Origin: Lytechinus pictus
Lineage: Eukaryota
Reading direction: 5' to 3'
DNA: 64,000 bases
Assembly: GCF_037042905.1 (NCBI RefSeq)
Contig: NC_087251.1
Coordinates: forward strand, 31,002,001 to 31,066,000
Position numbers and translations under genes: made by a program. This document shows positions 11,931-26,005 of this stretch, piece after piece (position 1 is the stretch's first letter; each line of letters starts with the position of its first letter). The notes beneath the pieces were generated by a model that saw only the letters and a list, made by a program, of their open reading frames with translations, was not told the DNA's origin and made no database searches.

Positions 11931-14724
11931 CATATAACCTGTATTTTGCATTGTGCTGAGTGCATCAATAGGAATCAACTTGAATATGGATTGCATAGGC
12001 ATACAACATGATGGGACCCCCCCAAAAAAAAAAAAAAAAAAAAAAAACTCTGCTTAATTTCAAAAAGATTGCTTCAGTTGTTACTTTCTATGATATAGAT
12101 ATTGTTCATCAACTTACATATTACTAATAACATTCCTAACAGCAATCATCCAATGTCATATGAAAAGAAGATACAATCAATGCTATGATTGATATCAATC
12201 ACAGATCCAAGACATATCATCAGCTAAAGAAATCATTCTAAGATTCTGTATTTAATTTACAGGGCACAAATATGAACAAGAATGCCCTGGCAATGTTGCC
12301 TGCATTATGATATTCAGTATAGTAGCAGTGTAGATTTTGTGACATAGCACTTGAAATTTCTCTGATTTAATTCACTGTTTGAACAAAGAAAAATAAAAAT
12401 GATAATACAAGGCCACCAAGGGCCAATGCTGCAGATGTCCCGTTGAATGGCCTTGGAAACTTTTAAATGGCCTTACTATAAAAATAAAATTTTCACATGT
12501 AATTCTCCCATGAGAACACATGAAAACATTTATAACATACCCGACACATTTTATGGAAGAAGAATAAGAGAATGGATATGACCATTCAACCTCCTCCCTG
12601 AAGTGCTATACCCTATTGTTATGCACATTAGAATCTGGGAATGAATAAACCAGTCAGGCTCCACTGCACTCTCCCTTGCTTAACAGGTGGAACATATTTT
12701 GTGTTGGGTGGGTTGCCTTAACTAGCACCATAACTTCACTATCTGCACAGAAGTCACACAGGCAGGACCTATGGGTCTAACAGATATTTGAAGTTTTAAG
12801 CACAATTTTAAGTCCATGCCAGAGCATCAAGATCACCAGGACTGATGATGAGGCATTCCTGATGATTCCCTTTATGTATTCATTCCAGTTAAATTGTAAG
12901 TTGACATATTCATTTTCTCTTCACTTTGTACGGTAATTTGCATGTAATTGAGAAAGTCAATGTCACAAGAAAACCTTTGAATTTGAGATGATGAAGAATG
13001 TTATAGTCTTTAGTTTAATCAATGTCATGTGTCCAAGACCCATTTTCAAGATGATTAAATTAAGTGAAAAAATATAATTGTTTAATGGCATTAAGTTTTT
13101 AACTTTGAGTCTTAAGATTGGCAGGGGTATTTTGAAATGCTAATTAGGCAGAAATCCTTCTGTTACATGAAATGCATTATGGCACTGATCGTGTTTATTA
13201 TTCAGTCCCAAAATTTACAATAACAATTTACCAAAATCAATCTAGGGAATTACAAATATATGAATTTTGTGAGTTTGAAGATGCTATTACTCAGATTTTA
13301 TGTAGTTTGGTAATGTTTGGTTTTAGATGGGTTCCAGTTGCTGTTCTGGTCCCAGTTTTGGTTTCACTACAAATGCGATTGTCAAACCTCTACCATGTGT
13401 GACACAGTTTTTACTCAATGATGAAATCAAAGTTTTCACCTGAAATCTTACTAACATACTAGCGGATACTTGATACTCATTAAATACAAGCTTCATTGCT
13501 TATGAAGAAAAACTGAATAATTTTTTTAAATTGGAGAAGAAAAAAAAAAAACCTTTATTTGGTAACTGGTTTATTCATTTCATGTCATTTTAATATCCTA
13601 TAACCATCTCAGAAAAGTTTCATTAAATTTGATTTTGGAAATTGATCTGATATATGACCATGACCCGGTGACCAGGGGTGTGTTCCAGAGTCAAGTATGA
13701 CTTATCATGCTTAGTGCAGATGATGTGCACATGATAATGTAACATGCAATCTTGTTGATTAATATGCAGTAACACGCATCCTACAGGCATGATTTGACCA
13801 ATGCGAATATTTGCGATCAATTGCAAATATTCTGTTGCAATTTTACAACTGAAAGATCAAGTTAGCTGTAGCAAATCAGATTAAACTTCTTGTTTCAAGG
13901 AGCAGATTAGCAATCAATCACTAATTTGCAAATTAACTGCAAGACATATGATTGATTTAGGGAACAAAAATAGACTTGCAATTGATCGCAAATTACTTGC
14001 AACGCCCCATTAGACATACTTAACTCCTTGTGAAACACCACCCTGATATCAAAAGCCAAAACCTGACAACCAATATGTCATATCTTCAACATTGCATATG
14101 CATAATTTGATAGTGTTTTTTTTTTTCTCTCTCTCTCTTCACCTGTGCGCCTTGAGCATTTAAATGTATTTGGCACCTTAGAAATCACATTTATTATTAT
14201 TATTATTAAAAGGGTCTTTATAATTTCAAAGTTGTGATAAAAATAAGTTAACCCTGGTGAAGATATTGATGTTGGCAACATCCGTGATTGGAAAAGTGGT
14301 GCCTCTGTCTCACCTTCTGTTATGCAGGTGAGACATTCGACCCACTGCTATTGTACAATATCAGAAATTTGCAGTAGCATTTGGTATAGAACAAGCACAT
14401 TTCATTTAGCCAGAAAGAGTATTTCAAACAAGTACTTTGCCATATGTGAGAACAAGAAAACAAAGCTTGGGAGTGAGAGGGAGTAAGAACTGCAGTGTTT
14501 GTGGGAGCTCCCAAATGGTGCATTTCCAGAAAAAAAGGATAAACGACAAAAATAAGCACACTTTCATATCCTGAGTTTATAGAAATTTTGCGTACAACAT
14601 ACAGGAGTGCCCTCTCCAGGGTGGCAGGGATCATGCAGTGTGCGGTTTGATGGACCTTTCTCATTATTCATATTGAGTTCTCCAAAAAGGTTCTGAACCT
14701 TTAAATGATGGGTTTACTTGATCA

Positions 14725-14989
14725 TCACCTCGCATATCCACCTCTTGAAAACTTGACTTGGCAATTGTAAGAACACAAGTAGCCTTTCATGAGGATGGGT
14801 GCAGCCCGATGCTGGAAGTCTGATGATGTGACAGTATGCGCTATATGTGAGAGATTGAGGGGCATCGCAAATGTCCCGTAGGGCTGACCTTCAACGCTAA
14901 TGGGTGTACCGTGGAAACACCAATGCCAACGGGACGTTGAGAGGTAGAAGCACAATGTCAATGGAATGTCGCCCTCCTTGTATGGTAGC
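14725..14989 (-). CDS. LRR1: LRR1 last coding exon
   Basis: LPYKEGDIPLTLC...LNLSHIAHTV...GYLCSYNC resembles the LRR1 C-terminus. Acceptor at 14990-14991, stop at 14725-14727. Confidence 0.85.
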
Positions 14990-15195
14990 CTTCAAGAACA
15001 AATACACAAAATATATAAACAGTCAAAATGGGATACAGGAAACATCCCTCCTTAAGCAGAAGAATTCACAACATACATGAACATAGAATTATATAAAAGA
15101 TTAATGTTGGTCACAATGGTAGTATTATAGAAAATACTACCATTGTATTATAGTATTTTGAATATATATAATCGGGGTGCTTTTTCAGAATACAA

Positions 15196-15613
15196 TGTAT
15201 ATAAATAATGAACGTAAGCGCGTGCATGCAGGGCCAAAAAATGAACCATGTGCGAGAAGAGCCAATGGATATACCGCACCCAGGTCCGCAGGACCGAGTG
15301 CGGTATATCCATTTAGCGAGTCGAGCACAGAGTTCATTATTTAGGTCCTCTATGCACTAGAATGCGTGCATTGTTTTTTACAACCCCACTCCCCCATGTT
15401 ACTGAGTTGCTCTCAATGCTATATTTGATCTAAATTATAGATAATTCCAGACCTCGCACTATCCTGCACTATGACGTCAGAGTGCAGGATAGTGCATTTG
15501 GTATGACGTCAGAGTGCAGGATAATGCATTTTAGATGCCATAGTGCAAATCGCTGAATATCATGTGATCTGATTTGGACCAATCAGATTACAGAACATTC
15601 TTTGAGTTGTATA
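15196..15613 (-). repeat. Dispersed hairpin-type repeat in the last LRR1 intron
   Basis: Same family as 2180-2480, with extra tgacgtcagagtgcaggata direct repeats. Confidence 0.8.
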
Positions 15614-15783
15614 AAGCACAATACTAAATAAGAACATATCTTTTCTGCCTGCTATTTGATAATTCAATATTCCACACTGACATCAAGCAGAATATTCAGA
15701 TTAAGAATATTATTACATAGTTATCAAATCCTCCATCTTCAACAGTTTTGACATTTAAACTTCACAGAACTATGTCTACTTAC

Positions 15784-16315
15784 TTTTCTGTAATGGTTGT
15801 TCTTCCTGCTAGCTCTACCAGTTTAGGCACTGTACCTGAAGTGTTTGGGATATCCACAGAGCTCTTTGCTGTAAACAATGTTGAGTCACTCCCTGACAAA
15901 TCAATCTCCTCCAACCTCAGCTTAGAGAACGAAGATGGAACAAATGTGATTGCACTGCCACTCACGTTCAGGAAGCGCAGATGGTGCAGCTTGCCAAAGT
16001 TCTCTGGCAAGCTCTCCAGGCTATTGTGTGAGATGTCCAATCTAACCAGTCTCACTAAGCACACTAGTTCACATGGCAGATGCCTGATTTGATTATGTGA
16101 AACATTCAGGCATTGCAATGTTCTTGCCAGGTGATTACTTTTGCAAAGTCCCATAGGTAGTCTTTGAAGTTGGTTATTCGAGATGTTGAGTTCAGAAAGG
16201 TTTACAAGCTGTTCAAGATTCTCTGGGATTTCACAGATGCTGTTGCGGCTCAGGTCTAATCTTTTCAGATGCTTCGCCTTCAGAATCCTGCTGTCAACTT
16301 TCTTCAAACCACAAT
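15784..16315 (-). CDS. LRR1: LRR1 exon 4, leucine-rich repeats
   Basis: DCGLKKVDSRILKAKHLKRLDLSRNSI followed by several LxxLxLxxN repeats and a PKLVELAGR BC-box-like segment. gtaag donor. Confidence 0.92.
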
Positions 16316-16879
16316 CTTTTAAAAAAAAGAAGAGAAAATTGCTTGAGAATGGACTTCGTTCAGATTCATAAAGTATAGATTTATATTTTTATGGAGATTG
16401 ACATCAACAAGCACATTATTTCACTGCAAACCATTGACATATCGGCACATAAATCCTATCAGATCATAGTATATGAGCCAAAGAGGGAACTAATTTGTCA
16501 ATTAGTTGCCATGGAAAACCCCTTTTTTGTAAATTTGAGATTCTCTATGACCTATAAAACTAATCTGAGAATTGTCACTCTCATCCAGATACATTAGTCA
16601 AAGATTAATGTTAATCTCTTATAGATATCACAGTTCTTATAGTGCTTCACTGACTTACCTGTTTTTTTTGTTTTCTGATTTGTTTTATTTTGTTCAAAGC
16701 AAGTTTCGTTTCAAGTTCAACCTTCCCTTAACATGATATCAAACAGGTGTTAAGTATGCAATTCTTCGAAACATTTAATTAACGACAATACAAATGTGGC
16801 ATATATCATATTAGAAGTATCATCTCTCCTGTGAATGACCGAGAATATAAGCAGGATAGTGCTTTCTCATATTACATAC

Positions 16880-17087
16880 CATTAACCTGAAGAGATTCCA
16901 TTTTCTGAGGAAAGCCAGTACTGATAGGATAGTCCCGTCTCTGGTGGATCACCACATTAGTCTTGGGCCGTTCTACTTGGGACTGTTTGGCTGGGATCAG
17001 ACTAGAGAGCTGGGTATTGGGTAGGTCCTGGTCTCGGTGGGCTAGATTGACAGCTGTCAGGAAGGCTTTCAGCTGGAGAGGGTCAGC
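16880..17087 (-). CDS. LRR1: LRR1 exon 3
   Basis: ADPLQLKAFLTAVNLAHR...RRDYPISTGFPQKMESLQVN. cag/gtatg boundaries, phase-compatible with neighbours. Confidence 0.9.
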
Positions 17088-17658
17088 CTGGGTTAGATGG
17101 AAGATAGAGGGGTAAATGTACATACATTACAAAAAAAATAATAGCTTGTACTTCAATTTCTGATTACTTAATATCCTGCCCAACATTCATGTTACAAAGG
17201 ACTAATAACTGCACTACTCTGCTATCAATACAAACCAGGTAATAAATTGTAATTGCATAGCCCAGGGAGTGAAAATGTGAGAATTCTAAATTTTGAATAA
17301 AGCTAAAAAATTTAAATGCCTCATCATTTGTAAATGAGAGCAACCGCACACCAATCAAAGCTACAACCAAATCATTTACTAACCAAGTGGTCTATTCGTC
17401 ATCTAGCATTTTACCATTTTGTGTCATTTCCTGTTAAGCTGTACCCATTTCGTCTAATATCCACTTGGTATCCCAACACATAGTCTATATGATTATATGA
17501 ATTATTTATGCACCAGATATGGACCAATTGGATATTAGACCAATTAGTAGTAGACCAAGTGGGTTTAGCCATGGTGGTGTTAGGTGATCTGATAATTAGA
17601 TCATCTGCTAATAGACCAAGTGAATACAAATCGTTGACTAGTATTGTAGAAGACTCAC

Positions 17659-17757
17659 CTTACTGATACACACATCCTGTGCTGGTTCATGGATACGAAT
17701 TGTGGCTTTGCCTTCTTGAACAAAGCGCCCAAAGATCTTGACCACATTCCCTTTCAA
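17659..17757 (-). CDS. LRR1: LRR1 exon 2 (N-terminal PH-like domain)
   Basis: LKGNVVKIFGRFVQEGKATIRIHEPAQDVCISK contains the FVxEGKAT motif shared by LRR1/PIF1 N-termini. 99 nt, cag/gtgag boundaries. Confidence 0.92.
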
Positions 17758-18444
17758 CTGTACAATAATAGCAGAAAATAAATTACAATTCAATGTCTTT
17801 ATAATGAAAATGATTCTCTATGGCTCACACATACAGTGCAACCAGATTGAAAGTCAATCAACAATCTGTAATAAGTGACAAAATTGAGTTTGAATTGTTT
17901 GAAAATTTACCAGTGCTGGAAATTTTTGAGCCATAATATTATTTCTTATTTTTTCAATTGGAATTTCCTTTATATACCTCCTTCAATTTGATTTTGTTGA
18001 TGCACTGTTGTGTGAAAAAAAATAAAAGAAATGTAAAAATCTTAATTTGGTATAATACAAGCATTTTTTCCAGCCTCTACATCAAGCAAAACATCAATTG
18101 AGAAACATTCCTGAATTTAAGGCATAATATTTTTGGCTTTCATGAGGAGTGGATTTGCCGCCATCAGACTTTATGAAAAGCACTGACAATACCTGTAGAT
18201 AGTCTCTGGGGCACAGCTAAGAAGCTGACTTCGACCTCAGCTGGTAGTCAGGTCAGAACAAAAGATATCATGAATTAAAAATATTACCATTTAAGACAAT
18301 GGATGTAGTATTCTACTGACCAGTCACAAAACAAATTCCACTCTGGGTGGACATCACCTGTTACTGAGGAAAAGCCAAAATGTTTTAAAATCCCTTTAAA
18401 AGCCTTCAATATGTATGCCATACTTCCAAACAACATAAACTCAC

Positions 18445-18627
18445 ACAATACTTTGCTCCATCACGGTCTTTAGCTGTGCAAATTGCAAGGAAGATTGCAC
18501 CTTTGCCGTTCCCAGCCAGCGGCCTTCGACCAATCACAACAGAGGCCCTCACAGATCGCCCTCTCTTGACCATACCATGTGATGGCAGCATCCTGTTTTG
18601 AATCTCAACATCGCAGGGAAGCCTCAT
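18445..18627 (-). CDS. LRR1: LRR1 first coding exon (leucine-rich repeat protein 1, CRL2 substrate receptor; total CDS 1287 nt, ~428 aa)
   Basis: MRLPCDVEIQNRMLPSHG...KDRDGAKYC resembles the LRR1 N-terminus. gtgag donor. A cag acceptor at 18644-18646 implies upstream non-coding exon(s). Confidence 0.9.
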
Positions 18628-21600
18628 GTTTTTGTTTGTTTTTCTGAAAATATAACAAAGGAATACATTTTATTGTTACTTAACTAGATTCAACAAAGAA
18701 GCATTATTACTCCCATGACATAGGATCAGTTCACAAGACAGAAAAGTAGGATAAATTTGGCACAATCAATGAAATTTGAGTACATTCCAGTACAAGTTAC
18801 ATCCCACTTTAGCTTCCAGAATGACCTGCGACAGGGATTAATTCTTCAAGGTTCAAGTACCGTTTCCGAACTGGGAAGCCTTTGACCTCATGAATCAATA
18901 TGTAATGAACGAAGTTATAATGCTGGTTAAAAACCCTTTTGTGTATTTCTGCAACTAAGTTGCAAACTTGTGCTGATTTTCCATTCATATTAATCTATGC
19001 AGTGAAATGCATTGGTTAGTCAACTGCTACCTGCTGTCTATAGCTCCCTGCTTTCATTTTCTGTTCATGTTGCAGTGAGCATTTTTTATCAATTAAAATT
19101 CATTGGGTCCACACTGCATTGCCGACATACCATGATTTTAAGTTTCATGCTGGAGACTCCCGCATTACTAGGCCTAGGGACTCCAGTCTTGCTCATCCCC
19201 TCAAATCTCTCTCTCTCGTGGTTGTATCACAGCCTACCCCCAAATACACAACGCCTGTGATCTCATGCAACCAATTACCATGCATGCAAGACAGAAAATC
19301 CCTTTCTCACGCCTAGGTGATCGTTGAACTTGGCATCTCTGCTTCTGACCTGGCAATGTCATGATCAGAATGGTTCTCTGGCTGGCGAACAATGATTGTG
19401 CAAAATTTTGTTTTCCAAGAAATCTAGCTAAACAACAATTAGTTTTTGGAAAAAAATATCTAAAGATGAAATTGTGTTTGAAATAATCAAAGTTATCAAG
19501 TGTTTGGAAATCAGTGATTGGATACAGCAGAGGCAGAGCAAGTTACCATGGTAACTGCCTCGGCCTCCTTGTTGTAATTGAAGCCACTCACACTAGTGCA
19601 AGGTTAGTATTAGTATACTAAAATTGCACAAGGAACCATGTTTGGCAGTGGATTTTCTGGCATCCACCTCACACAATATTTATGGCTTGATTTTTCTGTG
19701 CGCTGCATCAATGTCCCCTAGCCTAGCTTGTGTGAAATTTGAAGCATGAATGAAAATAGACCAAAAGCTTTGGTCTCTGTTATGTTGGTTGTTCCGCTGA
19801 ACTCCGCTGGCTCCACTCACCAAATACAGAGACCGAAGTTCTACCTAACCCTGTAAGTAAGAGCTCTGATCGGATCGGATGATCGAGGGCACATACTAAT
19901 CCCTATGATCGGTATCGGTCGAAAGTATCGGCAGTAAATATCGGATTTTGCTATTTGTTTATCAAGCACAAAATGACCCAGATTGTCCTTAACTGACCTG
20001 ATTGTCCTTAGCTGACCCCATGCATGCCAAGTACTACTCACATATCGTATTTATCCCTTGGGAGTCTGGGTCTCACTGTCAAGCGAGGCAGTGATTTACG
20101 ATCGTTCTACGCCGACATGACCCAGCTGGTTGGTATCACTACCAGCGTTAGAATGGACCCCCGCCTTCACAGCACCAGCTTAATGCCGCGCCCTTGTAAT
20201 AGTTAAATACGTCATCGCAAGCCAAGGCCTGGCCGTCCACTAGAGAGAGGGAGGGGGAGAGGTAGCATCGGAGCACATGTAATAAATACGCCAATGCAGA
20301 CACTGTCCCGATCCGATCCGCACAGAGTTAGAGAGGTGAGAGAGAGAGATTGGGAGAGGGGACGGAGGAAGTTATGGAAGAAAAAGAGAGCAGAGAGCAA
20401 ACCTCGTGGAATGATGCCAACTTTCATCTGAGGGTATTTATAAAATTTGATCAGGCCTGACGGAAAATGTAAGAAAGGTCTGATTTTTTTTTTTTTTTTT
20501 TTTTTGTATGAAGTCGTTTGTTTTTTGGTTGCTTTTTTTCAACAAGCGTTAATCATGAAAATAGGGATGATTAAATGTTGAAGTAACAGCCTCAATGAAA
20601 ATACCATATTTTGTATTCAAAGTTGTGGCGGCACCGGGAGCGGGTGGGTGATTTGAATAAACAATGAAGTCCATAATCCCGTAACTATAAAAAAAAAATC
20701 TGGCCTGCCCTCAGCTCGCCCCAACATTTTCCATTATGACATGAGGTGGGATGAAGAAGAGAAAGAGCAGATGATATTTTTTTTGCTCTTTGCTAGAGGT
20801 TTCAAATATATCTACATGAATATTTGATGTCCATATTGATATTAACTGAAGATAGTAGCTGTGAAAATACAAGAATGAAAGACTTGCAATATTTGAAAAT
20901 TAAAAGATAATATTTCAGAGATAATTTGTAATTTACCATCACTCAGAAACGTTCTCTAATTGTTTTTCTCCTCTCTTCCACTCTGCTTTCATACAAGTTA
21001 TCATGAATCAACTAAGTTCTCTCGTTCTCTTGCCTCTGGCTTTCCACCCTCTCGGTTACTCTTTCCCTTTCCTCACCTCAATGACCATTCACAGCATCTT
21101 TTTCACTCCTGTGCAATGCCAGTTTTCATGCCCCAACACTTAATAATGGAAACACTTCTCAAAATTGCACCTCACATTTTCCATATCATGTCATCAAAAA
21201 CATCTGCAAAGATCTTTTTTTTCTTGACTATTCTTTTTAATGAAAGCTTATTTTTCTTTATTTTTTTACAAATGAGATTGTTATGATCTGATAAATTGAG
21301 TTTCAAGTTTTTACCAATATATATTTATTTTTTTACATCAAATGACATTTCTATTGAAATAGATAAAAGTTGCAAGTTGTGACGAAACTCCCCTTAAAGA
21401 TTAGCAATTGAAAACAAAATTATGGCATAAACTGCAAGAAAAGGAAACAAAAACCTGAAACCCGGACATAATAAACATATATTGCTCAGTTTTTACGAAA
21501 CCAGAAATCCAACCATAATGTTTAGTTTTATTAAAAAAAAGGTGTAAATTTTAAACCCATTTCTTAATCATTTTCCATTCCCTGATCATTAAAATATATA

Positions 21601-22201
21601 TCTTCCTCATTTAACTAACCATCTTTATCTTCTCTTTTATTAGGGCTATTCAAATGGAAAATTCAACTGTTAGCACCCCCTGAAACAAAAAAAAAATTAA
21701 AGGATATTCATAGTTGGAAGTAACATGACTTGAACAGTAAAATCAAACAAGAGATTGAAACATTCACAATTTTCCCCTCTCACAAGTCTGTAATTGAGGA
21801 TTATTTCTTTTGATAAAATAGCAAAAATGAAAATGGTGGAAATGCCTCTATCAGGAATAGCATATTCATGACGACATAAATTATGTTCAACTGAAAAGTA
21901 AACATTACTTATCTTTAAATGCAAAGTCTTCAATTTGTATCAGATTTATTGAGATATTTTCTGCTGATCAGATGGACTGACTATCACTATTTTGTGGTAC
22001 AACAATTTAGATTTAAATTTATCATTATTTCCGTAAATCATGCCAAATGTGTCATTATCGGCGTTGAGAGATTTTTTTTCTTATGAAATCCTAACTGCAC
22101 AAAAAATTATCACAGCAATTAAAATAATGCAACAAATACGAAAATTCAATAAACTTAAAACTTGATCTTAGTCTGATCTTCATATCTGTGAACAATTAGT
22201 T

Positions 22202-22865
22202 TTAACGAATGTAGTGATAGTTCACCTTAATGACTGCTAATTTGTTTAGGTTTTCTGGGTCCAGGGAGCATCTTTTCTTGGTAAGAATGTTTCCTGCCAA
22301 TGAGAACATGCGTTCTGAAGTAACGCTCGACATCGGGCATGCTTGGAAAGAGAGAGCGGTTTGGGTTAAGTTTGGGAATTCTCTCCCGTTCTCTCCGAAA
22401 TAACGTAGAACGGCTTCCTGACCGCTTGTTGTGTCAATATTGGGTTTCTCAAGGTACCGCTTGAGTTCTCGTGATGCGACATCGCGGAGAGATTCAATAT
22501 CCACCGCGATGTCGTCATCACTATCAGGCTCCGTTGCTGCCAGTATTCCTGCCATTAGAGATGCACCCTCCATGTTAGTTGCAGCATGACGGTCTTGAAC
22601 AGGAGGCGGAGGTTGATTGTTGATGGGCGTGGCAGGGCTACCATTGTCGCCATCGTCGTTGGTGTACTCAGGCGGCGTCTCGTCGGAGTCGTATGGGTCG
22701 CCGTATTCTTGAGTTTGCTCTGACTCTTCTTCGGTCTCATCCTGATCTCTGTTAGCCGCCGAGATTGGTCTTGTATATTTTCTCTCGATGACGGAGATGA
22801 TGGCGTCTATAACCGCCGATTCCACCTGTTCCCGTTTGTGGCGGGGGATGAACTTCTTCTTGTAT
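22202..22865 (-). CDS. hAT transposase last exon, C-terminal hATC domain with catalytic Glu
   Basis: Splices to give LDPR-YKK. FPNL...PMSSVTSERMFSLAGNILTKKRCSLDPENL, then TAA stop. Confidence 0.9.
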
Positions 22866-23262
22866 CTGTGATGGAAAGATGGGGAACAAAACAAATAATT
22901 TAGAAAAGTAATGGAAAAAAATTGTCGCATTAATAGAAACACAATTTATTTTACATTATTACAGAAAGATAAACAATATAAATGTAAAAGTAGTTTCGCA
23001 CTTTACTTTGCTTTGCCCGGGACTTATACCGAATAACATAATTGTGCAATGCCCAAGAACTTGTTCCTTCATTTTTCAAATAGAATTTTGTTTAATTACT
23101 GGCATGGAAAAGGACCAAAAAATTTAATTATTGGCTTGCTATTTCCAATGAAACTACATTTCTGATGGTTTTATCGCTACACTCATGCATTGACTGTATC
23201 TTATCACTTGGATCTTATCTTATCACTTGGATTCAAAATTTTAAATTTCAAATTAAACTTAC

Positions 23263-24071
23263 CGAGGGTCTAGCAGAGTTGCTGCCAAGTAGATGTGGTC
23301 GTTGTCATCAGACATGACGTGGGTCGCCATCACTTCGCGAAGTTTCTTCAAGAGTTGATCTTTAGTGGCGCCTATCCCCCTCACCTGAGCACGCTCCACA
23401 GACACAATAAGCCCCTTTAATGTTGGAAAGTACGATGAAAGTGAGGAGGTCGTCTTACTGCACAGGAGTGTTGCCTCGTGAAACGGCTCGAGGACCTTCA
23501 CAAATTCTTGCATCGTGTCGCACATGTCTGTCCAGTGGTTGTAACATTTTGGGAGCCCCACACCATGGGACTGCATGACACGATCCTGGATGAGGGCCTC
23601 GATTGCAAGTCGCTGAGGTAGAATCGTAGAGAGCATCCTCAGGCAGCTATTCCACCGTGTCTCAACGTCTGCTTGGAGCTTGATGTGGGTGGAGTTGGGG
23701 TAGTAGATTTTGAGAAGCTCCTCAAATTTACGCTTTACTGGCATAGAGTTCTTCACTTTAGAAACAATCTTCCGGAGGACAGTCAATCCGTCTAAGATAC
23801 GGCGCTGGGTCTTCATTACATCATGCACCACGAGGTTGAGATTATGAGCGAGGCATGAAACGGAGCCGTGGATGCTCCCGTTGTTGGCTGTGTCTCGGAG
23901 ACTCTTCTTGATGTTCGCCCCGTTGTCGCTCACCCCGCACATGATGCCCATCGCTCTCGTATCGTGGCACCACTCATCTACAACTTTTTCGAGCCGTGAT
24001 CGAATGTTGTCGGCCGTTGCAGCCTGGCTAAATTCTTGGATACTCAATAAAGCGCTTCTTAGTTGTGGTAT
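23263..24071 (-). CDS. hAT transposase central exon
   Basis: SDNGAN (second Asp), CLAHNLNL (CxxH), TRWNS, LEPF, AATLLDPR. cag acceptor at 24072-24074, gtaag donor. Confidence 0.9.
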
Positions 24072-24770
24072 CTGTCAAATTTATAAAAAAACAAAATATA
24101 TTCTAATAAGTCTCGAATTTTCTGCAATTCCTATTTAACATTAAAAAAGTGAACATATGGCTTGTAGGGAGATTTAGAGAAACTTAAAAGCATTAAAAGT
24201 TTCATTCTGATGAGATAGAATTATTGAACCTTGGGAGCCAAATAAATTTTGGGAAAATGTAAGGGAATAATTGACCGCTTACATTCAAGGCTGTCCTTCA
24301 TGATTATGAAAAACAATTATACTTCAAAGTTAAACCATGAAGAAGTCACCGTAGTTACGGATTTAACAATTAAGGAGGATGAAAACACACGTACACGTAA
24401 TGCGTGGCCATCACGATAACCAATCAGTTTTTTATGTTTTGCGTATTTTAAAATGGGCAATTGAGTGTGTTTATGGGATTAATATTGTTAAAGCGAAATT
24501 CTAAGATTAACATTGACACCGGAATCATTATAAATCCGTTATGATAACATAATTGCAACAAAAATCAGAAAGGTTTTATAATTGGAAGAGACTCGTATGA
24601 ATAAAATATAATGAACAAAATACGGAGTAATTATATAAAGGAAGAAAAATACTATTCAAGAGATGAAATAAAACTTCTTTAATTATTTTTTTCTCTCAAA
24701 ATATGAGGGAGAAAATCAAAGAGTAAAAGGTGCATATTAGAACATAGAACAAAATAATAAAATAGATTAC

Positions 24771-25461
24771 TTAATCTTTCTTCATTCGTCACCAACCAAT
24801 GTAGCGTAACACACATGTACTCGGTGTTTTGGCCTCTCCACATATCGGTGGTAAAGCTAAATGGTACAACCGTCCTCCTCAGATCTTTTTGAAGTGCCAT
24901 CTTCACCTCGCAATAGATAGCAGGTACTAAATTCATAGAAAATACTGGTCTGGAAGGCATTCTATAGCGAGGGTCCATGTATTGCACAAGGTTTCGAAAA
25001 CCTTCGTTCTCGACGATGTTAAATGGGCGAAAATCTAGGGCCATCATCAATGCTATTTTCCGAGATATTGCAACTTGTCTAGGGTGGTTGTGGGGGTATG
25101 CCGACTCGACAGACATAAACGACGTCAACGATGTCTGCTGCTCTCTTCCTCTATGCCTCGGCTGGCTTGATGTCGATGATGTAGATGTCGATGACGGAGA
25201 TGTCGATGACGAAGTTGTCAATGAAGAGGAGGATGATGATGGTGCGTTTGGCTGTGGGCGGCGTCGTGGGATATAAAGACAAACTTGCACATGCCTTGCT
25301 AAGTTTGTTGTATTAAACTTTCTTTTGCAGGTCCCACGAGATACAGATTTACTGCAATGAATGCAGATAGCTTTGCACTCGTCATTTTCATCGATTCGAA
25401 AATGCTCCCAAACTAGTGACTTTTTTCTTCTAAGTGCCTGCGAAGGTTGATGATCATCCAT
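24771..25461 (-). CDS. hAT transposase exon 1: BED zinc finger and first catalytic Asp
   Basis: KSLVWEHF...CIHC...TTNLARH (BED finger), PFNIVENEGF, YRMPSR, FTTDMW. The 3' donor (gtaatc at 24770) is uncertain. Confidence 0.85.
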
Positions 25462-25531
25462 TTTAGTTACTACAGTATGTTAACCAAGCTAGAAAACTTG
25501 TGAGACTGGCTACTAAGAATATTTTCTCAAG

Positions 25532-25540
25532 CCTTTTATA
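25532..25540 (-). promoter_or_regulatory. Candidate TATA box of the transposase gene
   Basis: TATAAAAGG on the minus strand, about 75 bp upstream of the ATG at 25461. Confidence 0.5.
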
Positions 25541-26005
25541 GACGAATTGCGATATCGATTAAACGAATACAAATTATGAGACAAGTAAGTAAATCAATGA
25601 ATAAAGAAAAGTCCTTCCGTTCCGACACTCCCCGGCTTTCCCCTTTGAAGATCATTTTTCTTTTTTTCCCTTTTTTATCTTTTCCGATTGTAAACTATCT
25701 AATTAATGAACACATAAACACAAATTTGCGGCGTTTTTCTTTGTGGTTCATCTTTCTTGTTTAATTTTTCCGATTGTCACATTTCTGGTGGGATCCACAA
25801 AGATGAAACTCATTTCCTTGCATCGGAAGCAGACTCTTCCTCAAGGCAGATCTTCTTGCAAGATCAGAGAGTCCAAATATCACGAAGAACCCTTCTCGAG
25901 TGTACTTCACTTTCAACCAATCAGCGGACATTTCATCATGAAGCGGGAACTGGACTTCGCAACGATGGCCCGTATGGCGATTTGCAAGCAAATTCCTATA
26001 TTTAA

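Noticed and set aside
22202..25461. Domesticated ZBED host gene
   Set aside because: Flanked by intact TIRs and a perfect TSD, so it is better read as a transposon.
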